DNA of 64,000 nucleotides from Gammaproteobacteria bacterium (GCA_026981985.1 JALSHZ010000114.1:74428-138427), one strand, 5' to 3'. Shown: positions 21,188 through 32,827, counted from the stretch's first letter. Notes: generated from the sequence alone by a model not told the origin. Numbers and translations: made by a program.

Positions 21188-21495
21188 TCTTCTTTGAGCG
21201 TATCTGGAGTTGGGCGGACAGCTTAGGCGTTGTTCTGTGCCTGATCGCCGCTGTGTGCCATTTGTCAGGCGTTGGGCCGGCAGGATGCCGGCGGTCCCAG
21301 GGGGGGGTACGACTGTTGGCGTTTGGTGATTTGCACTGCTTTGTAGGGTCAGGTCTTGTTCGAGCGTATACGGGGTGAGCAGACAGGTGTTGTCCTGATT
21401 TGTTCTGTGTCTGATCGTCGTTGTGTGCCATTTGTCAGGTATTGGGCCGGCAGGATGCCGGCGGTCCCGGAGGTGTGTTACGACTGCTGGAGTTC
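21188..21495. repeat. Two tandem copies of a 165-bp repeat (21188-21352 and 21353-21495, roughly 75-80% identical). The second copy overlaps the 3' end of the DUF349 gene.
   Basis: The most conserved core, ttctgtg(c/t)ctgatcg(c/t)cg(c/t)tgtgtgccatttgtcagg(c/t)(g/a)ttgggccggcaggatgccggcggtccc, is present at 21231-21298 and 21402-21469. It includes the hairpin GCCGGCA-gga-TGCCGGC. Confidence 0.6.
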
Positions 21496-24171
21496 GGCGA
21501 TTTGTGTGGTGAGTATTGATGCGATAGCTTCTCTTATTTGGTCGAGGCGCTGTCTGGTTGCGGGGTCGATTGGGGTATTTTTCAGTTGGCTGCAGGTTTG
21601 CTCCAGCAGGGTGATGGCGCGTTGCAGGCGGTTATCGTGATTTCCTTCGTTGAGTCGTTCCGACAATAGCGCGATTTTTCTGGCCATCCGCGCTTCTTCG
21701 AAATTTGGCGGGGAGGGGAGTTCGCAGAGTATTTCCAGTTCAAGCAGTTGTTGCAGCAGTTGTTCGCTGGCGGTGGCGTCGTCGCTTGATGTCGATGATA
21801 CGCATTGCTGTTCGATGTTTTGCAGTTGCTGTTCCAGCTGGATGCGTTCTTTGGCAAAGTCGATGCTCTTGAGTGCTTCGCGATAGCGCTGTTCGATGGC
21901 GGCGCCGTCCTTGCCGCGCGGCATCTCGGTGTCACGCCATGCTTCTTTGAGGGCGTTTAATTGCTGGTCGATATCGTGTGGGTCGTCGGCGAGTTGTTCC
22001 AGTTGTTCGCAGATGTCGACTTTTGTTTGCAGTAGTGTTCGTGTTTGCTCGTTGGCCTGGTCGATGCGCTCCTTTTCGCGGGCGAATACCGCGTCGCCAG
22101 CCGCCTTGAAGCGTTTCCACATTGCTTGCTCGACTGAGCGTTTGCCGCTGACGCTGAGGTGCCAGGCTTTTTGGGCCTCGCGAACGCTTGCTTTGGCGGC
22201 TTCCAGGTCATCGCTGTCCGCCAGGGCTTCGAGCTGTTCGATCAGCGCCATGCGGTAGGCGTGATTGGATTCCCGTTCGGCGGCCATTGCTGCATTCACG
22301 GCATCGAGCGCGCTGCGGTATCGTTTCTGAATTTTTCGCCAGTCGTTGCGATTGACGGGGCCGGCTTTTTGCCACTCGTTGCGCAGGCTCTGGAATTGTT
22401 TGTCCAGCTCGCGCCAGGGTGGGTTGTCGGTGCTGGCATCGGCGGCGAGCTGTTCCAGAGCGGTGCAGATGGTTTGACGCGCTTCCAGATGTTGCTGGCG
22501 TTGCTCGGATTCCTGCTTTCGATGTTCGGCGCAGAGTTCCCAGGCGGCGTTACAGGCCTTGTCGAAGCGTTTCCACAGCCGATGATTGACGCCATGATCT
22601 ATTTCCACCAGTGCTTTCCAGCGCTTGCGCAGTTCGGCGACCGCCTTGGCGCGTTCTGCGGGTGTTTGTGGTGTATCAACGAGTTTTTCGGCTTCTTCGA
22701 TCAGTGCTTCGCGGGCTTTGTCCGTACCCCAGTGCCGCCAGCCGTCGAGCTCGCGAATTCTTGGTGTGAAGCCTCGTAGCTGCTGTTGGATCGCTTCCAG
22801 CTTCGCGCGCGGCACATCGTAGAGCTGATCAAGCATTTGCCGGATGGCCTGTTCGAGTTCGCGGGAATCACCGAGGCGATCGTGGTCGAGATTCTCCTGA
22901 ATGCGCTCCAGCATTTGCGTGATCTGGGCAAGCCCTTTGTCTCTCGCCGCGGCTTGCTTTTCCACCCGCTGATCCAGTTGCTTGAGCAGCCGGGCGTAGT
23001 GGTTCTGGTATTCCTCGGCGAGTGCCGGATCTTTCGGCAAGGGGTGTTTTTCCCATTGCTGTCGCAACGCCTGCACGTCGGCAGCGGGAATCCCTTTTCG
23101 CCGTAGCAGCTTTTCGGCGCGGCTGATGATCTGTTCCGGCTCGCGCCCGCTGCGACTGTTTTCCAGCAGGGTGGCAACGCGCTTGCGCGCTTCGCTCAAT
23201 TGCTGGTGAAAACGGTTGGCCAGCGGTATTTCGAGATGCTCGGGCAGGGCAGGCAGGTCGTTCCAGTCGTTGAGCAGGGTGTCGAGCGTGTCTTGCAGGT
23301 CGTCAGCCTCGGTGGGGGAGACGCGATGACGTTGTTGCAGATGCGTGACGAAGTTGTCGATCAGCTCGCAGTGCGAGGTTTTGTCCGCAATGATCGGTTC
23401 GATGGCAAGTGCCTGCTGACGATTGGCTTCGATGGCCGCTTCCGCCTGCTGACAGGCGCTGTTGAAGCGTTGTTGTTGCGCGTCGTCTGCATCACTGCCG
23501 AGTTCCTCCCAACGGTGTTTCAGGCTCAACAGTTGGGTGCTGTCGCGCTGCCAATGCTCGGCTTGGCCGAGCTGTTCGATGGCGCTGATCAGCTGGTCGA
23601 TTTGACGCTGGCGCGCGTCGTGTTGCGCCAGCACTTCGAGCCGTTGTTTCAGTAGACGTGCGACGCGCTTGTCTTTTCTGCCCAGGGCCTTGAGGGTGCG
23701 CTGGATGGCGTCGCTGCCCTCGATTCTTTCCGCTGCCAACAGCCTGATGCGAGCGCTGCTGTCGTTGGCAGCCAGTTGTTCGAGTAGCGTGGTATCGGTG
23801 ATTCGCGGGATGAGCCACTCACGCAGTTTTGGATCGTCGCTGTGGCGTGCGATTGCGTTTTGTAATGATGCGCCCCCACGTGTGGCGAGATGCCTGTCGA
23901 TCAGGGGCAGCAAGGAGGCGTCGTTCAGCGCCGCGGGCAGCAGGGCGAGAAAACGTTGGTTGAGTGCATCTTGCACCTCAGGCGCGATATTGATGTCGAT
24001 CAGCACGCGCAGATCATCAACCCGGGCGATGGCCGCCTGCCGCACGCTGGTGTCGGGGTCGTCGTTGGCGATGGTTTGTAGCAGCTTTGGGTCGTCGATG
24101 CGCTCGATCGCGCTGCGACGAACCTCAGGGTTGCTGTGTTTCCAGCGTGGTTTGATGAAACGGCTGAACAT
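21478..24171 (-). CDS. DUF349-family repeat protein (N-terminal HEAT-like repeats followed by multiple DUF349 helical repeats), 897 aa
   Basis: The DUF349-type motif recurs many times: W..EL/W.KA (KHRWEELGS, RKRWKALVE, RNEWQKAGP, QKAWHLSVSG, KEAWRDTEMP, LWKRFDKACN...). The protein is all-alpha and charged, and the gene lies immediately downstream of metG on the same strand. Confidence 0.65.
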   Translation of the reverse strand: MFSRFIKPRWKHSNPEVRRSAIERIDDPKLLQTIANDDPDTSVRQAAIARVDDLRVLIDINIAPEVQDALNQRFLALLPAALNDASLLPLIDRHLATRGGASLQNAIARHSDDPKLREWLIPRITDTTLLEQLAANDSSARIRLLAAERIEGSDAIQRTLKALGRKDKRVARLLKQRLEVLAQHDARQRQIDQLISAIEQLGQAEHWQRDSTQLLSLKHRWEELGSDADDAQQQRFNSACQQAEAAIEANRQQALAIEPIIADKTSHCELIDNFVTHLQQRHRVSPTEADDLQDTLDTLLNDWNDLPALPEHLEIPLANRFHQQLSEARKRVATLLENSRSGREPEQIISRAEKLLRRKGIPAADVQALRQQWEKHPLPKDPALAEEYQNHYARLLKQLDQRVEKQAAARDKGLAQITQMLERIQENLDHDRLGDSRELEQAIRQMLDQLYDVPRAKLEAIQQQLRGFTPRIRELDGWRHWGTDKAREALIEEAEKLVDTPQTPAERAKAVAELRKRWKALVEIDHGVNHRLWKRFDKACNAAWELCAEHRKQESEQRQQHLEARQTICTALEQLAADASTDNPPWRELDKQFQSLRNEWQKAGPVNRNDWRKIQKRYRSALDAVNAAMAAERESNHAYRMALIEQLEALADSDDLEAAKASVREAQKAWHLSVSGKRSVEQAMWKRFKAAGDAVFAREKERIDQANEQTRTLLQTKVDICEQLEQLADDPHDIDQQLNALKEAWRDTEMPRGKDGAAIEQRYREALKSIDFAKERIQLEQQLQNIEQQCVSSTSSDDATASEQLLQQLLELEILCELPSPPNFEEARMARKIALLSERLNEGNHDNRLQRAITLLEQTCSQLKNTPIDPATRQRLDQIREAIASILTTQIAELQQS

Positions 24172-24177
24172 CGCTGC

Positions 24178-26208
24178 TTATTTCACTCGCATGCCGGGCT
24201 GGGCGCCCTCGTCGGGACTGAGGATGAAAAGCTCTTTGCCACCGGGGCCGGCGGCGAGCACCATGCCTTCGGATACGCCAAAGCGCATCTTGCGTGGCGC
24301 GAGGTTGGCGACCATCACCGTCAGCCGCCCTTCGAGATCCTCCGGCGCATAGGCTGATTTGATGCCGGCAAACACGTTGCGGGTTTCCCCGCCGAGGTCG
24401 AGCGTGAGGCGCAGCAGCTTGTCGGCGCCTTCGACGTGTTCGGCCTTGCTGATGCGCGCCACGCGTAAATCGAGTTTGGCAAAGTCGGGGAATGCGATCT
24501 CATCGGCAATTGGTTCGTCGGCCAGTGGCCCGCTGACTTTGGCGGCGGATTCCTGCTGCGCTGCCATGTCGGCCACGGCCTGGCGGGTGTCTTCGATAAT
24601 AGCGTCGAGGCTTTCCTGCTCGACACGGGTCAGCAGGGGCTTGAAGCGGTTGATGGCGTGATCCGTCAGCGGCTTTTCAAGATCGGCCCACGTCAGTTCA
24701 CCGGCATCGAGGAAGGCCTCGACTTTCGTCGCCAGCGCTGGCAGCACCGGCTTGAGGTAAATCATCAGCACCCGGAACAGGTTCAGTCCGGTGGTGCAGG
24801 TGTGCTGCACATGGGCGGCTTTTTCCGCCTCCTTGATCAGCACCCAGGGCTTTTCTTCGTCGATGTACTGGTTGGCCTGGTCGGCCAGCGCCATGATCTC
24901 GCGCATGGCGTGGCCGAACTCGCGCTTTTCATAGAGCGCGGCGATGGTGTCGGCTTTTCCGATCGCTTGCTGATAGAGCGCATCGTCCAGCGTCGCGCAG
25001 AGCTTGCCTTCGAACCGCTTGCTGATGAAGCCAGCGCAGCGTGATGCGATATTCACCAGCTTGCCCACCAGATCAGAATTCACTCTGGCCTTGAAGTCGT
25101 CGAGGCTGAGGTCGATGTCGTCGATGCCCGGCCCGAGCTTGGCGGCGAAGTAGTAGCGCAGGTATTCCGGGGCGAGGTGATTCAGGTAGGTCCGTGCCTG
25201 AATAAAGGTGCCGCGCGACTTGGACATTTTTTGCCCGTTGACGGTGAGGAAGCCGTGGCAATGCACCGCTGTCGGTTTGCGAAAGCCGCCGGCCTCCAGC
25301 GTCGCCGGGAAAAACAGGGTGTGGAAGTAGGCGATATCCTTGCCGATGAAGTGATGCACTTCGGTAGTGGAATCGGGCTTCCAGTATTCATCGAAGTCTT
25401 TGCCGGTGCGGTCGCAGTAGTTCTTGAAGCTGGCGAGATAGCCGATGGGGGCGTCGAGCCAGACGTACAAATACTTGCCGGGTGCGTCGGGAATCTCGAA
25501 ACCCCAGTAGGGCGCGTCGCGCGAGATGTCCCAGTCAGCCAGGCCGTTTTCGAACCACTCGTCCAGCTTGTGCTGAATCTCCGGCTGCACCGGCCCGCTG
25601 CGGGTCCAGTCACGCAGCATCTCCTCGAAATCGCCGAGCTTGAAGAAATAGTGCTCCGACTCTTTTTCGATCGGCGTGGCGCCGGAAATGACCGATACCG
25701 GGTTTTTCAGCTCCGTCGGTGCATAGGTCGCACCGCAGACCTCGCAGGAGTCGCCGTACTGATCCGGCGCACCGCAACGCGGGCATTCGCCCTTGATGAA
25801 GCGATCCGGCAGGAACATCTTCGCTTCCGGATCGTAGGCTTGCTTGATAGTGCGCTTGTCGATATGCCCCGCATCTCGGGCGCGCAGGTAGATCAGGCTC
25901 GCGAACTCGCGGTTTTCTGGCGAATGGGTCGAGTAGTAGTTGTCGAAGCCAATGAGAAAGTCGGCAAAGTCAGCCTGATGCTCTTGCGACATGCGCTCGA
26001 TCAGCGCCTCTGGTGTGATGCCCTCCTGCTGCGCCCGCAGCATGATCGGCGTGCCGTGGGCATCGTCGGCACAGACATAGGTGCAATCCTCGCCATGCAA
26101 GCGCTGGAATCGCGCCCAGATATCGGTCTGGATGTATTCGACCAGATGACCAAGATGGATCGGGCCGTTGGCATAGGGCAGGGCACTGGTAACCAGAATT
26201 TTGCGCAT
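24178..26208 (-). CDS. metG: Methionyl-tRNA synthetase, 676 aa, with a C-terminal tRNA-binding (EMAP/Trbp111-like) domain
   Basis: HIGH region [16 protein letters not shown] motif, a zinc knuckle CPRCGA...CEVCG, and the C-terminal ...[11 protein letters not shown]... tRNA-binding domain. Confidence 0.9.
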   Translation of the reverse strand: MRKILVTSALPYANGPIHLGHLVEYIQTDIWARFQRLHGEDCTYVCADDAHGTPIMLRAQQEGITPEALIERMSQEHQADFADFLIGFDNYYSTHSPENREFASLIYLRARDAGHIDKRTIKQAYDPEAKMFLPDRFIKGECPRCGAPDQYGDSCEVCGATYAPTELKNPVSVISGATPIEKESEHYFFKLGDFEEMLRDWTRSGPVQPEIQHKLDEWFENGLADWDISRDAPYWGFEIPDAPGKYLYVWLDAPIGYLASFKNYCDRTGKDFDEYWKPDSTTEVHHFIGKDIAYFHTLFFPATLEAGGFRKPTAVHCHGFLTVNGQKMSKSRGTFIQARTYLNHLAPEYLRYYFAAKLGPGIDDIDLSLDDFKARVNSDLVGKLVNIASRCAGFISKRFEGKLCATLDDALYQQAIGKADTIAALYEKREFGHAMREIMALADQANQYIDEEKPWVLIKEAEKAAHVQHTCTTGLNLFRVLMIYLKPVLPALATKVEAFLDAGELTWADLEKPLTDHAINRFKPLLTRVEQESLDAIIEDTRQAVADMAAQQESAAKVSGPLADEPIADEIAFPDFAKLDLRVARISKAEHVEGADKLLRLTLDLGGETRNVFAGIKSAYAPEDLEGRLTVMVANLAPRKMRFGVSEGMVLAAGPGGKELFILSPDEGAQPGMRVK

Positions 26209-26476
26209 GGTGGATGGTTCTGTTTGTTGGTGTAGTGGGAAGGCGCTAGTTTATACCCGTCACGGGCGAAAATCTTGCCTTGGTTTGGGGGTAACTGTGC
26301 GGCTCCCGATCCGCTTGCCAGCAGGAATATCGTTGCGGCACCGTCATCCTCGCAGGGAAGCGGGGATCCAGGTTACAGGGATGTATGCCAGCGTAGGTGG
26401 AAGCCTTCCCTGGCACTGGATTCCGGCGTCCTGTCGGAAACACGGCGTTGATTCCACTCCGTGATGCTGCAATCGC

Positions 26477-27412
<936 letters not shown>

Positions 27413-27416
<4 letters not shown>

Positions 27417-29329
27417 TCGTTGAATGGGATGGCGTGCAGCGGTGGCTGTGTGCCGATGTCTGATGCGGGGGCGATTGCGGGTTGCGGTGATGGTGAAACA
27501 TCTGTATTGCCGTATTCCATGGCAGGTATCACCCGTGGCGGGTGTAGTGGTTTTGCCTGGCCGCGGCTGAAGCGCGCCCAGCCAAGGCTGCGATGGATGC
27601 GGTTGCGCTGATCCAGTGTGAGCGTGCCGGACAGTCCCGGCACTCCCGCAGCGTTGCCGGCGGACTGGATCAGCTTCGGCGCGGTTGCCAGGGCGTCGTA
27701 ACCGAAAGCGAACAGGCGGGGATGGTGTCGTGCGGTGTTGTCCAGGTCATCGGGTTTGGGTGCGTCAGCGGGGGCGTAGCCGAGCAGCCATGGGATCTCG
27801 GTCAGCGACAGCCGGTTCAGGTCGCGATTGGCGCTGCGGTCAGGATAGCCGCTCCAGACCTGTGAGATGGCGTAGGCTGGCAGCGAATCGATGAAGTGGA
27901 ATTTGATCAGCGGCATCAGCAAGCGCGCCTCCTGCGGACTCGCGGCGATAAAAACGGCCTGGGCGCCGACTCTGTTGACGTGGGTTTTGGGATCCGGCTT
28001 GAGCGCCCGTTTGATGACATTGGAGTGGTCGTTACTGCGCGCCTTGAAGCGCCCAACGGCGACCAGCTCGCCGCCGCTCTGACGGATCGTATCCTCCAGT
28101 GCTCGCAGGATGCGATCACCCCAGTTGCCTTTGGGCACGATGGCAGCGATCCGGCTGTGGCCATCGGCGAGCATTTGCCGGGCAGCCTGGTGTGCCTCGT
28201 CTTCCGGCAGCAGCGCGAACTGGAACAGGTTGGGATTGGCCAGGGTGGGATTTTTACCGTGATTGAGTGAGATGACGGGGACAGGCAGCTGTTCGCTGGC
28301 GAGGTGGTCTACCTGTATCTTGTCCATGGGGCCGATTACCAGCTCGGCACCTTCGGCGACGGCTTGCCGATAGCGCTCGATAATATTGCCTTGGGCGCTA
28401 TCGTAGACTTTGATGGCAGTATCGGGGCGTTGGTATTTTGCTGCCATGATGCCTTCCAGGATCACGTTGGCAACCTTGGCAAGTGGGCCGCTGGTTGGGA
28501 GCAGCACAGCCACCCGACCGACTTGTGCTGGCAGCGTCGAGCCCTCTCTTGGCATTGCACGGGGGCGCAGGGCATCGACGTAGTCAGGATAGGCAGGGTG
28601 ATTGCGGTATTCCTGTTCCCAGCGCGACAGCTGGGATTCCAGTGCCTCGGGGGAATCGGCAGTAGTCTTGGCGATATAGGCGAGTTCGGTCCATCCCTTG
28701 TCTAGTGGCGATAACGGTTGTGCCAGCCGTTTTGACAAATCCTGTGTCGATAGCGCCATCAGCTTGCTCCAGGCGCCGGAGTTGGCAACCGCGCCAGACA
28801 GTGCGCCCGGGCGGGGTGCGGGGAAGTTGGGGGTTGGTTGCGCATCGGCGGGGCGTTGGAAACCCACTTTTTCGCGAGCCTCGTCCAGCAGTGCGCTGAT
28901 CGTGCGCTGTAGCTTGGCGGGGGCGCTGTGGCTGGGGAAGTTGAGTTTTTCCAGTACGCCGGCATAGTTGCCCTGGCTGCGGGCGATGCGCGCGGCAACC
29001 AGCCTGGCATGGATCAAGGTAACGTGGTCCAGGTGGCTTTCATCGACGCTGTCTAGTATTTGTGATGCCTGGGCGCTGTTGCCGGCCAGCCACGCCATCT
29101 CTGCCGCCTTGGCCTTCCATTTTTCGCCTTCACTGGCCGGCAGTTTGTTGGCGGTGAGCAGGTACATATCGCTTGCCTGCTGGTAGTTGCCTTGCTTTTC
29201 ATAGAGCCGGGCCTGGCGGATCGGTGTTTCATCGAGAGAGATTGCGGCAACGGGTACGGATATTGTCAGTAGCAACAGAATCGCCAGCAGAAAACCCGCA
29301 GCGCGGTTAATATGTATTGAGAAATGCAT
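27413..29329 (-). CDS. lpoA: Penicillin-binding protein activator LpoA (LppC family), 638 aa
   Basis: Signal sequence, an N-terminal TPR-like region and a C-terminal periplasmic-binding-protein-like LppC domain. It is divergent from rsmI as in enterics and pseudomonads. Confidence 0.7.
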
Positions 29330-29527
29330 TCGGTTAATCGGCTCTGGCAGGAATGGCGGGCATTTTATATCAAATCAACGGGTGGGGGGGTCTAATCGTT
29401 ACAATGGTCCTGATGTGGCAAAAAGTGTCAGCGTCCCCGGTCTTATGGGCTCCTGGTGGAGGAAACTCGTATCTTTCCGGAGATTGCAGGGGGGCAGGTG
29501 GAAAAGGTGACCTGAAGTGGCCCGCAG

Positions 29528-30376
29528 ATGGTTGAGCAGCAAACCGGCAAGGGAGTCCTTTTTATCGTGGCGACCCCGATTGGCAATCTCGACGATATCA
29601 GCGCGCGTGCTGTCGAGGTGCTGGGGCAGGCTGATCTGGTTGCTGCCGAGGATACCCGGCACACTGCCGGCCTGCTGGCGCATCTCGGCCTGAAAAAGAG
29701 GTTGCTGAGTCTGCATTCTTTCAATGAGTCTGCGCGTACCGCGCCGATACTGGAAGCGCTTGCCGAAGGACAGTCGGTGGCGTTGGTGTCCGATGCCGGC
29801 ACGCCGCTGATCAGCGATCCGGGCTTTCCCTTGGTGCGGGCGGCGAGAGAGGCGGGTTTCAGGGTCTCTCCCATTCCAGGCTCCAGTGCGTTGGTGGCAG
29901 CGTTGTCGGTGTCCGGGCTTCCCTGTGATCGTTTTGTTTTCGAAGGATTCCTGCCGCCAAAGTCGGGTGCTCGGCAGCAGCGGCTGGCGCTGCTGCGTGA
30001 TGAGCCCAGAACGCTGGTGTTTTATGAGTCGCCCCACCGGATCGAGGCAGCGGTCGAGGACATGATTACCGTCATCGGTGGTGAACGCATGGCCGTGCTG
30101 CTGCGTGAGTTGACCAAGACTTTCGAGCAGATCCATGCTGCCTCATTGCTGGAGATGCGGGACTGGCTGGCGGCGGACGCCAACCATCGACGTGGTGAGT
30201 TTGTCGTCGTGCTGGCCGGGGCCGAGGAACGCGAGCCGGGCGTCGAGGCACAGGAGAAGATGTTACGGGTATTGCTGGACTACCTTAGTGTCAAGGATGC
30301 CGCTGCCGCTGCTGCGCGTTTGAGCGGTGTATCGAAGCGTGCGCTGTACCAGTTGGCACTAACGATAAAGGGGTGA
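29528..30376 (+). CDS. rsmI: 16S rRNA (cytidine1402-2'-O)-methyltransferase RsmI
   Basis: Tetrapyrrole-methylase fold motifs LFIVATPIGNLDDIS...AAEDTRHT. Confidence 0.85.
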   Translation: MVEQQTGKGVLFIVATPIGNLDDISARAVEVLGQADLVAAEDTRHTAGLLAHLGLKKRLLSLHSFNESARTAPILEALAEGQSVALVSDAGTPLISDPGFPLVRAAREAGFRVSPIPGSSALVAALSVSGLPCDRFVFEGFLPPKSGARQQRLALLRDEPRTLVFYESPHRIEAAVEDMITVIGGERMAVLLRELTKTFEQIHAASLLEMRDWLAADANHRRGEFVVVLAGAEEREPGVEAQEKMLRVLLDYLSVKDAAAAAARLSGVSKRALYQLALTIKG

Positions 30377-30568
30377 CAGCCCGGAATTCTCACCGGCTCA
30401 CTACTGCGGCCGCCCAATGCGGTGCGCTAGCTGGTGTTCACTCGGTCGGGCTGTTCGACGTAGTGTCAACTACGCCTGCGCGGCCCTCGGTCGTGAACAC
30501 CAGCTATCACACTCACCTTGAGTGGCCTCGCTACGTGACCCGGTAAGAAATCCGGGCTAGAATCACCA

Positions 30569-30928
30569 CCAGAGTTGGCCAGGCAATCGCTGTTCCACAA
30601 GGAATGGAGGAAAGTCCGGGCTCCACAGGGTAAGGTGCCAGGTAACGCCTGGGCGGCGCAAGCCGACGGAAAGTGCAACAGAAAACATACCGCCGATGGC
30701 CTTCGGTTTCCGTAGGCACAGGTAAGGTTGAAATGGTGCGGTAAGAGCGCACCGCGCAGGTGGCAACACGCTGCGGCATGGTAAACCCCACCCGGAGCAA
30801 GGCCAAATAGGGGCGCATTGGGTGTGACCCGCACCGCGCCCGGGTAGGCTGCTTGAGGGAGTTGGCGACAGCTCTCCCAGATGAATGATTGTCCTCGACA
30901 GAACCCGGCTTATCGGCCAACTCTGATC
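30569..30928 (+). ncRNA. rnpB: RNase P RNA (bacterial type A). Ends approximate, +/- 5 nt.
   Basis: The universally conserved segments are present: GGAGGAAAGTCCGGGCTCCACAGGGTAAGGTGCCAGGTAACGCCTGGG, ...GTGCAACAGAAA..., GGTAAGAGCGCACC, ACCCGGAGCAAGGCCAAATAGGGG and ACAGAACCCGGCTTATCGG. P1 is formed by agagttggcc (30571-) and ggccaactct (-30925). A TAGAAT -10 lies at 30558-30563. Confidence 0.88.
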
Positions 30929-31220
30929 ATTTTTTGCGGCCGGCCAAACGGCCGGTCGCATCATATCTGGTAGGTGTCATGACGGGTTTTTTCACGTCGC
31001 CACCTCCATCTTGAACAAATGTGAAAATCTCTCTTCCGGGTTTTGCCACTTTCTCCCCCGCGCCCGCATTTTGCGGCGATCCAACCTAAAGTTGTTCCTC
31101 AGATGGTTTGTCTAATCCTCTGATTAGTCTCGCTATTCCTTTGCGTGTTTTTGTGACTGTCGTCACCATCGAGTGCCTGATAACTCATTGTTTCTCAAGG
31201 GGAAGTCCGGTCTTGTTACC

Positions 31221-31293
31221 TTGACGTGGAAAATGGTGGCAACTATAGTGGAGATCTGTGGCGAGAAGTGTCAAATTGTGGAAGATTTGGGGT
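31221..31293 (+). promoter_or_regulatory. mra promoter (-35 TTGACG at 31221-26, 17-bp spacer, -10 TATAGT at 31244-49) followed by five direct GTGG(N)/TGGGG repeats at exact 10-bp phasing (31248, 31258, 31268, 31278, 31288). Putative MraZ operator.
   Basis: Read from the sequence: TATAGTGGAGatctGTGGCgagaaGTGTCaaattGTGGAagattTGGGG. E. coli MraZ binds phased TGGGN direct repeats that overlap the Pmra promoter. Confidence 0.55.
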
Positions 31294-31436
31294 TTCGCGT
31301 CATTGGGGTAGCCCGGACTTCTCACCGGGTGGCGAGATGGTCGCGCAGGGCTTTGGATTCAAAGAACAAGCGAGGGCTCGTCAATCCGGTGAGAAGTTCG
31401 GGCTAGTTCCGGGTAGCCAGTACAACGAGCAGCTTC

Positions 31437-31889
31437 ATGTATCGCGGCGCAAATCATCTGAATCTCGACGAAAAGGGTCGCATCACCATGCCTACCCGCT
31501 ATCGCAGCGAGATTCTTGCGTCTTGTGGCGGGCGTCTTGTCATCACCGTCGATACGGCTCATTGCCTGATGATCTATCCGTTTCCGCAGTGGGAGCGGAT
31601 CGAGGAGGCGTTGATGTCGCGGCCGAACATGGATCGGCAGGTGCGCCGCCTCCAGCGCATGTTGGTTGGTAACGCGCATGAGGCTGAAATGACGGCTCAG
31701 GGGCGCATTCTGGTGGCGCCATCGTTGCGCGAATTCGCCGGCCTGAAGAAGCAGGTGACACTGGTGGGGCAAGGTAACAAGTTTGAGCTGTGGGATGCCG
31801 AGCGCTGGAAGGCGCAGACGGAGCTGTGGCTTGCAGAAGAAGCTGAACTGGAAGGTGCCAGCGAAGCGCTGTCGTCGTTGCAGCTTTGA
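31437..31889 (+). CDS. mraZ: Transcriptional regulator MraZ
   Basis: MYRGANHLNLDEKGRITMPTRYR... with two MraZ/SpoVT-AbrB-like domains. Confidence 0.9.
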   Translation: MYRGANHLNLDEKGRITMPTRYRSEILASCGGRLVITVDTAHCLMIYPFPQWERIEEALMSRPNMDRQVRRLQRMLVGNAHEAEMTAQGRILVAPSLREFAGLKKQVTLVGQGNKFELWDAERWKAQTELWLAEEAELEGASEALSSLQL

Positions 31890-32827
31890 TGTCGGCGCAG
31901 CGTTTGGAGCATGTGCCGGTGCTGTTGCACGAAGCGTTGCAGGCGCTTGATATCAAGCCGGAAGGCGCTTATCTCGATGGCACTTTTGGTCGTGGCGGAC
32001 ACGCCGCCGCGGTGCTCGAGCGATTGGAGCCGGGCGGCCGGTTGTATGGTCTGGACAAGGACCTCGCAGCGGTGCGGGTAGCTAAGGAGTTGGCGGCGAA
32101 GGATAGCCGGTTCATATTCCGCAAAGGGAGTTTTGCGCAGATGGATGGGTTGGTCGGAATGCTGGCGGATTTCAAAGGACTTGATGGCGTGTTGCTGGAT
32201 CTCGGTGTCTCATCGCCGCAACTGGATACGCCCGAGCGAGGCTTCAGCTTTTCGAGTGATGGGCCGTTGGACATGCGCATGGATACGACGACCGGAGAGT
32301 CGGTCGCGCAATGGCTGGAAACAGCGTCAGAAGCCGAGATTGCAGATGTGCTCTGGCGCTTTGGGGAGGAGCGGTTTTCGCGCCGTATTGCGCGCCGGAT
32401 CGTGGCGGCGCGGCAGCAGAAACCGGTGGATACGACAGCAGAACTGGCGGAATTGATCCGCGCTGCCATTCCAAACAGGGAGATGAAAAAAGACCCGGCA
32501 ACGCGCAGTTTTCAAGCGTTGCGGATTTTCATCAATCGCGAGCTGGAGGATCTTCAGCTGGGGTTGGAGAAATCGGTAGAAATGCTGCGTCCTGGGGGGC
32601 GTCTGGTTGTGATCAGCTTTCATTCTCTCGAAGATCGAATCGTCAAGCGCTTCATGCGCAAGATGTCCCTGCCTGAGCGCCTGCCACGCCGCTTGCCGGT
32701 CGTGGATGCTGACATCACCATGCCCATGAAAACAATCGGCAAGGCCATCAAGCCTGGCGCCGAAGAGATTGCACGCAATCCGCGCTCGCGCAGTGCGGTC
32801 ATGCGTGTCGCGGAGAAGCTGACATGA
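31886..32827 (+). CDS. rsmH: 16S rRNA (cytosine1402-N4)-methyltransferase RsmH/MraW
   Basis: ...HVPVLL.E......YLDGTFGRGGH... SAM-binding motif. Confidence 0.9.
   Translation: MMSAQRLEHVPVLLHEALQALDIKPEGAYLDGTFGRGGHAAAVLERLEPGGRLYGLDKDLAAVRVAKELAAKDSRFIFRKGSFAQMDGLVGMLADFKGLDGVLLDLGVSSPQLDTPERGFSFSSDGPLDMRMDTTTGESVAQWLETASEAEIADVLWRFGEERFSRRIARRIVAARQQKPVDTTAELAELIRAAIPNREMKKDPATRSFQALRIFINRELEDLQLGLEKSVEMLRPGGRLVVISFHSLEDRIVKRFMRKMSLPERLPRRLPVVDADITMPMKTIGKAIKPGAEEIARNPRSRSAVMRVAEKLT

Noticed and set aside
30466-30964. Three overlapping minus-strand ORFs (122-133 aa)
   Set aside because: They overlap the RNase P RNA gene, whose conserved structure explains the sequence.
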